Source: Minisyncoccota bacterium
Lineage (GTDB): Bacteria; Patescibacteriota; Minisyncoccia; Phycocordibacterales; Phycocordibacteraceae
Assembly: GCA_035718415.1 (NCBI GenBank)
Contig: DASTHB010000019.1
Location: forward strand, 1 to 36,776
Length of the DNA stretch: 36,776 bases
Direction: 5' to 3'
In this document: positions 32,631 through 36,776 of the stretch, piece after piece
Numbering within the stretch: position 1 is the first letter of the stretch
How the letters are laid out: each line of letters begins with the position of its first letter
The notes under the pieces: generated by a model
What the model was told of the DNA's origin: nothing
Seen by the model: the letters and a program-made list of their open reading frames with translations, nothing else
Databases searched by the model: none
Translations under genes and position numbers: made by a program

Positions 32631-33165
32631 AACCGCGCGCGTTCGTGACCACGCGTTGGATGTCATCGTGGTCGTCGAGCGCCGTGAGAAGGGCGTCGAT
32701 CTTCGACGCGTCCTCTTCACCGAGGTCGACGAGCGGTTCGTTCGGCGTGAGAAGTCCCGCCGCTTTCGAGAACGCCCAGCTCGCGGCGCCAGGCGAGGCG
32801 AGCTCGATGTTGTGCTGCGAAAGAAGGTGCTTCAGTTCCTGCGTCGTGCGGTTCTTACTATCGGTCACGGCCTCGATGAGGATGGCGACGCCGCCGGGCC
32901 CGTACGCTTCATAAAGCACATCGAGCAATTCTCCCGCATCTTTTGCGGTGCCTTTGGCGATAGCGCGTTCGATGTTCTCTTTGGGCATATTGACCGCTTT
33001 CGCGCGAGCGATCGCGCTCGCGAGGTTCGGCGCCGAGACGACGCCGCCCGCTTTCTTCGATTCGACCGTAAGGAGACGCGCATAACGGGAGAAGATGCGG
33101 CTGCGCGCCGCGTCAGTCACCGATTTCTGCCGTTTAATCTGCGCCCACTTGCTATGGCCCGACAT
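32611..33165 (-). CDS. YebC/PmpR-family transcriptional regulator (short, 184 aa)
   Basis: Motifs are MSGHSKWAQIKRQK, MPKENIERAI, YEAYGPGGVAILIE and DSKNRT. It appears to lack about 60 aa of the middle domain compared with my recollection of E. coli YebC. Confidence 0.88.
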   Translation of the reverse strand: MSGHSKWAQIKRQKSVTDAARSRIFSRYARLLTVESKKAGGVVSAPNLASAIARAKAVNMPKENIERAIAKGTAKDAGELLDVLYEAYGPGGVAILIEAVTDSKNRTTQELKHLLSQHNIELASPGAASWAFSKAAGLLTPNEPLVDLGEEDASKIDALLTALDDHDDIQRVVTNARGYESTEE

Positions 33166-33167
33166 AG

Positions 33168-34169
33168 TCAGAACATACCATCCGTTCTTTCACCGCTCAA
33201 ATAGGCGCGGCCTTCCTGGGTCAAGATGCGGCCGCGAGGGCTTCGTTCGATGTAACCGAGCCGAAGCAGATAGGGTTCATACATATATTCCACCGTGTCG
33301 GCATCCTCATGGAGAGAAGCGGCGAGCGAGCGCACCCCGACGGGGCCGCCGCGGAAACTGGTCTTGAGCGTCTCGAGATACCGTCGGTCGTCCTTCGTAA
33401 GGCCCCTGCTGTCTATGCCGAAGAGATCGCACGCCTCGTCGCACAATTCTGTGGAAAGCGGCCGTTCGTGGACCTCGGCGAAATCGCGGACGCGCTTCAA
33501 GAGGGCGTTCGCGACGCGAGGCGTGGCACGGCTCCGGCCGGCGATGCGCTCGACGACCGCGTCCGGCACGGAGAGGCCGAGGAGTTTCGCCGAGCGGTTA
33601 ACGATGTCCCGCAAGTCCTCATCGCTGTAGAAATCGAGCTGGAAGACACCGCCGCCGAATCGGGAGCGGAGCGGTCCAGACAATTCCGCAACACGCGTCG
33701 TGGCGCCGACGAGCATGAACGGCGGCAACGAAAGCTCGACGGTCCTCGCGGACGGTCCTTTTCCGAGCACTAGATCGAGATGCCCGGATTCGAGAGCAGG
33801 GTAGAGAAGTTCCTCGATCTTCCGGGAGAGCCGGTGTATCTCGTCGATGAAGAGCACCGTGTTCGGTTCAAGGTTCGTGAGGATCGCGGCGAGATCGCCC
33901 GCGCGTTCTATAGCGACGCCAGAAGTCGTTTTCATCGGCGAACCGAGCGTCGTTGCGACGAGATAGGCGAGCGTCGTCTTGCCGACGCCCGGCGGACCGT
34001 AAAAAAGGATGTGTTCGGGCATGCCCGACCGCTTCTTGGCGGCATCGATGGCGATACGAACGTTCGCTTTGACCTGCTTCTGGCCTACGTATTCGTCCCA
34101 GACGGAGGGGCGGAGCGCCGCATCAAGGCTGGGCGTTACCAATGTCGACGTGACGGCAGCTCTTGACAT
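33168..34169 (-). CDS. ruvB: Holliday junction branch migration helicase RuvB
   Basis: Motifs are RPSVWDEYVGQ, Walker A GPPGVGKTTLA, Walker B LFIDEIHRL, and the sensor region and winged helix (GLTKDDRRYL). An extended -10 TGATAGAAT lies 20 nt upstream of the ATG. Confidence 0.95.
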   Translation of the reverse strand: MSRAAVTSTLVTPSLDAALRPSVWDEYVGQKQVKANVRIAIDAAKKRSGMPEHILFYGPPGVGKTTLAYLVATTLGSPMKTTSGVAIERAGDLAAILTNLEPNTVLFIDEIHRLSRKIEELLYPALESGHLDLVLGKGPSARTVELSLPPFMLVGATTRVAELSGPLRSRFGGGVFQLDFYSDEDLRDIVNRSAKLLGLSVPDAVVERIAGRSRATPRVANALLKRVRDFAEVHERPLSTELCDEACDLFGIDSRGLTKDDRRYLETLKTSFRGGPVGVRSLAASLHEDADTVEYMYEPYLLRLGYIERSPRGRILTQEGRAYLSGERTDGMF

Positions 34170-34191
34170 AAAAAATATATGATGCTAGTAT
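34163..34191 (+). promoter_or_regulatory. Near-consensus sigma-70-type promoter TTGACA-N17-TAGTAT with a TGn extended -10, reading away from ruvB
   Basis: TTGACA lies at 34163-34168 and overlaps the ruvB start codon on the other strand. After a 17-nt spacer ending in TGC comes TAGTAT at 34186-34191. The predicted transcription start is about 34198. Confidence 0.6.
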
Positions 34192-34197
34192 TCTATC

Positions 34198-34385
34198 ACA
34201 GATTTTGATCCTGTTCATGCTCCTCTAGGCAAGGCTTGACGGCTTCTGGCGTCTCCCCAAGGACTCTCTGGTTTCGGCTGGTGGGCTCCTCAGGTGTTTC
34301 GTCTACCCCGCGATTTTGCGGGTTTTGCCTTGAGGATCATGCACGGGAAAAAAGCGGCGCGGGGGTATCCCCGCGCCGCTTTTTG
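34198..34385 (+). ncRNA. Candidate small non-coding RNA of unknown family (about 190 nt)
   Basis: It is bounded by the promoter at 34163-34191 and the terminator at 34354-34384. It contains no credible ORF. Internal complementarity includes GATCCT (34207-34212) and CAAGGC (34231-34236) against GCCTTGAGGATC (34327-34338), and the hairpin CCCGC-GATTTT-GCGGG (34307-34322). Confidence 0.5.
34354..34384. terminator. Strong bidirectional intrinsic terminator
   Basis: GCGGCGCGGGG (34354-34364) pairs with CCCCGCGCCGC (34369-34379) around the loop GTAT. It is flanked by an A-run (34348-34353) and T5 (34380-34384). It serves the candidate sRNA on the plus strand and the pilB-like gene on the minus strand. 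Confidence 0.85.
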
Positions 34386-34400
34386 TCTGCCCGCCCGTCC

Positions 34401-36116
34401 TTAATAGGGAAGATCGACGGTTTTCGCGAGCTCCGCAAGCGATGTCACGCCGTCGAGCGCCTTCAGTATGCCGTCCTGGGCCATCGTGAGGTACCCTTGG
34501 GTCGCCGCGTGCTTCGCGATATCGGACTCGAGCGGATTGTCGCGCAAGAACGAACCGAGCGCATCGTCCATGAATATCGCCTCATAGATGCCGATGCGGC
34601 CCTTGTAGCCGGTGCCGCCGCTCTCTTCAAGCGGTTCCCATACGGTCTCTACTTTCTGCGGCGCGAGCGACTTGTCCGCAAGCGGCGCGAACACCTTCTC
34701 TATCATCGCCTTTTCCGCGTCCGTCAGCGCGCGCTCTTTCTTTTTATCCGGATCGAGCTTGCGCACGAGGCGCTGCGCCATCGAGACGGTTATTGCCGAG
34801 CCGAAAGATTTCGGATCGACGCCGAGGTCGACGAGGCGAGGGTACGTGCCTGCCGCGTTGTTCGTGTGGAGCGTGGAGAAGACGAAATGCCCCGTGAGCG
34901 CGGCCTGTATGGCGATGTCCGCGGTCTCGCCATCGCGTATCTCACCGACCATGATGACATCAGGGTCCTGCCGCACGATGGACTTCAGTCCGTCCGCGAA
35001 CGTGTATTTTTCCGGCACGACCTGCGTCTGCACGATGCCGTCGATGTGGTATTCGATCGGGTCCTCGATAGTGATTATCTTGATCTCGGGTGAATAAATC
35101 TCCCGCAGGAACGAATACAGCGTCGTCGTCTTGCCGGAACCCGTCGGTCCGGTCGTGAGAAGCATGCCGTTCGTTCGCCGGATCTCCTTTTCAAGCCGAG
35201 CGAGAAGTTTCGGATGAATACCAAGCTCCTTGTAGGAGACCGTTATCGATTCCGGATCGAGAATGCGCATCACGATAGATTCCCCGTAATTGCCCGGGAT
35301 GAACGAAACGCGCACCTCGATCTCCTTGCTCTTGCGAGTCACGGTGAAGCGCCCATCTTGCGCGCGGTTTGAGATATTGAGCTTCACGCCGGCCAAGAGC
35401 TTTATGCGCGAGGTGAGTTGGCGCGAGGTCTCTTCGTCGAAGAAGAACACGTCGGTCAGAATGCCGTCGATGCGGAAACGCAGACGCGTCCGCGATTCCT
35501 CGGGTTCGATATGTATATCCGATGAATGGAGCGCAAAAGAGCCCGTGAGGACGGTCTCGAAGATGCGCGTGACCCGGTCGAGAAGCTTCAGTTTCGATGC
35601 CGACTCAAGCTCCGCGCGAATGGCGGCGAGGCGGTCCGCCGACGACATCGTCTCCATGACGCTATCGGAAACGGAAAGCTGCCCCGCGCGGGATTCGGCG
35701 GCGAACGAGAGGTCATGATAGCGCGTAAGCACCTTCTCGAGGCTCTTTTTCGACACGAGGAATTTCGCGATGGAGAAACCGCGCTTCTCGAGGTCCTCGA
35801 GGAGTTTCGCGAGCGCCGGATTGTTCGGATTATGGATCGCGAGCGATATGTTCTTCGCCGTTTTCACGAAGGCCGCCGCCTCGGCCTCCCGCGCGAGGGG
35901 CTCGGGCACGACGCGCAGCGCTTCACTGTCGATCTCCTGGAGCGAGAGATCGGCATACGTCATCCCGTACTTATCGGAAAGGATCTGGGTCACATCCTCT
36001 TCCTCGCGAGCGCGTATTTCCTCAAGCTTCGTGTCCCCCTTCCCGGTATCAAATGGCAGATCCATATGCGCCCCATCATACCACCCAAGGAGGAGGGCAC
36101 TTGACAAATGGGCCAT
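34401..36116 (-). CDS. Second GspE/PilB-family secretion/pilus ATPase (orphan paralogue)
   Basis: The T2SSE_N-like N-terminal region includes VVPEPLAREAEAAAF. Walker A is TGPTGSGKTTTLY, Walker B is DPDVIMVGEIRD, and the His box is GHFVFSTLHTN. The start at 36116 is supported by TGATATAAT 9 nt upstream. An alternative Met lies at 36065. Confidence 0.9.
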   Translation of the reverse strand: MAHLSSALLLGWYDGAHMDLPFDTGKGDTKLEEIRAREEEDVTQILSDKYGMTYADLSLQEIDSEALRVVPEPLAREAEAAAFVKTAKNISLAIHNPNNPALAKLLEDLEKRGFSIAKFLVSKKSLEKVLTRYHDLSFAAESRAGQLSVSDSVMETMSSADRLAAIRAELESASKLKLLDRVTRIFETVLTGSFALHSSDIHIEPEESRTRLRFRIDGILTDVFFFDEETSRQLTSRIKLLAGVKLNISNRAQDGRFTVTRKSKEIEVRVSFIPGNYGESIVMRILDPESITVSYKELGIHPKLLARLEKEIRRTNGMLLTTGPTGSGKTTTLYSFLREIYSPEIKIITIEDPIEYHIDGIVQTQVVPEKYTFADGLKSIVRQDPDVIMVGEIRDGETADIAIQAALTGHFVFSTLHTNNAAGTYPRLVDLGVDPKSFGSAITVSMAQRLVRKLDPDKKKERALTDAEKAMIEKVFAPLADKSLAPQKVETVWEPLEESGGTGYKGRIGIYEAIFMDDALGSFLRDNPLESDIAKHAATQGYLTMAQDGILKALDGVTSLAELAKTVDLPY

Positions 36117-36125
36117 TGTGGTGTT

Positions 36126-36134
36126 ATTATATCA
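36126..36134 (-). promoter_or_regulatory. Extended -10 TGATATAAT located 9 nt upstream of the pilB-like ATG
   Basis: The minus strand reads TGATATAATAACACCACA-ATG. It overlaps face-to-face with a plus-strand TGTTATTAT (36122-36130) that could serve the lipoprotein gene. Confidence 0.45.
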
Positions 36135-36172
36135 ACAGCCAGTAGAGGTCGTATTCAACTTTAGGAGGCGAA

Positions 36173-36484
36173 ATGAATAGGATACCTGTTCTTCTCTGCG
36201 TGTTTTTCTTGGCCGGCTGCGCCGGCCCAACGATCGTCGCGCACGGCGCGGCGCCCGGGGAGCGCATCACGCTCCCGCCCATCCCGAACGCCCGTTGCGA
36301 CGGAGAGTGGGTGCTCCGGGGGAGCGACAACGTCTGGACCTGCACCGCCGCCGTGGCAGTGCGGCAGGGGACGCCGCTCCAGCGGTGGCTCGTGAACCCG
36401 TATGTGCAGTCGTATGGGTACTCCTCCGGATACATCCAGAGCTGCGGCCGCCGCTTTTGCGCCGGCTACTCCTGGGTGAGGTAG
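36173..36484 (+). CDS. Small lipoprotein (103 aa), Cys-containing, function unknown
   Basis: AGGAGG lies 5 nt upstream of the ATG. The signal peptide carries a lipobox, MNRIPVLLCVFFLAG/C. Confidence 0.7.
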   Translation: MNRIPVLLCVFFLAGCAGPTIVAHGAAPGERITLPPIPNARCDGEWVLRGSDNVWTCTAAVAVRQGTPLQRWLVNPYVQSYGYSSGYIQSCGRRFCAGYSWVR

Positions 36485-36495
36485 TCGGGGATTTT

Positions 36496-36535
36496 TCGCG
36501 CTCGCTTCATTTTCGAAGCGGGCGCGTTTTCTTTT
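36496..36535 (+). terminator. Intrinsic terminator after the lipoprotein gene
   Basis: CGCGCTCGCTTC (36496-36507) pairs with GAAGCGGGCGCG (36514-36525). This gives 12 bp including one G-U pair, followed by TTTTCTTTTC. Confidence 0.8.
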
Positions 36536-36542
36536 CGGGCGG

Positions 36543-36548
36543 TACAAT
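36543..36548 (+). promoter_or_regulatory. -10 hexamer TACAAT located 7 nt upstream of the tsaE ATG
   Basis: The sequence reads GGCGGTACAATTGCGGGA-ATG. Confidence 0.4.
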
Positions 36549-36555
36549 TGCGGGA

Positions 36556-36776
36556 ATGGATGAGAAGCAGTCCCGGGATATCGGCGAGTTCGAAGAAGAG
36601 GCGGCGCGCTTCGTTCGCGCTCTTAGGCCGAACGAGCAGGCGACCCTCGTGACGCTTTCCGGCGAGCTCGGCGCAGGGAAGACCGCCTTTACGAAAGCCG
36701 CCGCTCGCGCGCTCGGCATAACCGAAACCGTTACGAGCCCCACGTTCGTTCTCGAGAAGATATATCTCCTCCCGGA
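36556..36776 (+). CDS. tsaE: tRNA threonylcarbamoyladenosine biosynthesis ATPase TsaE, N-terminal part (runs off the window)
   Basis: Absent from the ORF track because it is open-ended. Manual translation gives MDEKQSRDIGEFEEEAARFVRALRPNEQATLVTLSGELGAGKTAFTKAAARALGITETVTSPTFVLEKIYLLP, which carries the P-loop GELGAGKT and the SPTF motif. Confidence 0.8.
   Translation, partial: MDEKQSRDIGEFEEEAARFVRALRPNEQATLVTLSGELGAGKTAFTKAAARALGITETVTSPTFVLEKIYLLP

Noticed and set aside
34198-34385. Assigning the candidate sRNA to SRP RNA, tmRNA, RNase P RNA or a tRNA.
   Set aside because: There is no GGAAGCAG-type SRP domain IV motif, no tRNA-like T-arm or CCA end, and no tag ORF. It is also far too short for RNase P RNA. 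The family is left unassigned.
34236-35093. A 285-aa plus-strand ORF beginning in the ruvB/pilB-like spacer.
   Set aside because: It starts at a non-ATG codon, reads straight through the strong terminator hairpin at 34354-34384, and is then antisense to the PilB-like ATPase. The upstream part is better explained as a non-coding RNA.
1-36776. A search for CRISPR arrays, tRNA or rRNA genes, transposases or integrases, inverted terminal repeats, and signs of an alternative genetic code.
   Set aside because: I saw no spaced direct repeats, no tRNA T-loop signatures in the short intergenic spacers, and no transposase- or integrase-like ORFs. All recognisable genes read through with standard stops, and TGA is used as a stop at, for example, pilC, pgk and rnhA. 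There is therefore no evidence for recoding.

Overview
This is a very gene-dense, generally GC-rich bacterial window with no rRNA, tRNA, CRISPR array, transposase or integrase that I can see. Three things suggest a CPR/Patescibacteria-like reduced genome, but that is an inference: the gene content, the tiny intergenic spacers, and the PrgI/VirB4/T4SS-pilin cluster sitting with a type IV pilus and ComEC. Housekeeping genes are rny, clpP, ppa, nusA, tpiA, pgk, a HIT hydrolase, Fe/Mn SOD, rpmB, an M50 protease, a class A PBP, ruvB-yebC-ruvC and tsaE. The classic origin arrangement is present: yidC-rnpA-rpmH (minus) against dnaA-dnaN (plus), with DnaA-box-like 9-mers. Accessory and envelope content is as follows. 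(i) A type IV pilus operon at 5606-10833: pilB, pilC and three prepilin-like genes. (ii) A recJ-rnhA-comEC operon, plus a separate and apparently catalytically dead ComEC-type metallo-beta-lactamase domain gene. (iii) A seven-gene PrgI/VirB4/VirB2-pilin-type cluster at 19291-25922 that has no coupling protein or relaxase in view. Its pilin is fused to an AT-richer, 10-cysteine C-terminal domain. This cluster is my best candidate for an uncharacterised system. (iv) An orphan second PilB-like ATPase. (v) An ORF-less unit of about 190 nt at 34198-34385 with a near-consensus promoter and a strong terminator, which I call a candidate sRNA. A recurring regulatory pattern is a -10 hexamer 6-9 nt upstream of the ATG at about 14 transcription-unit heads, which implies leaderless mRNAs. 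Many long ORFs in the supplied track are antisense artefacts of high GC content and are rejected.
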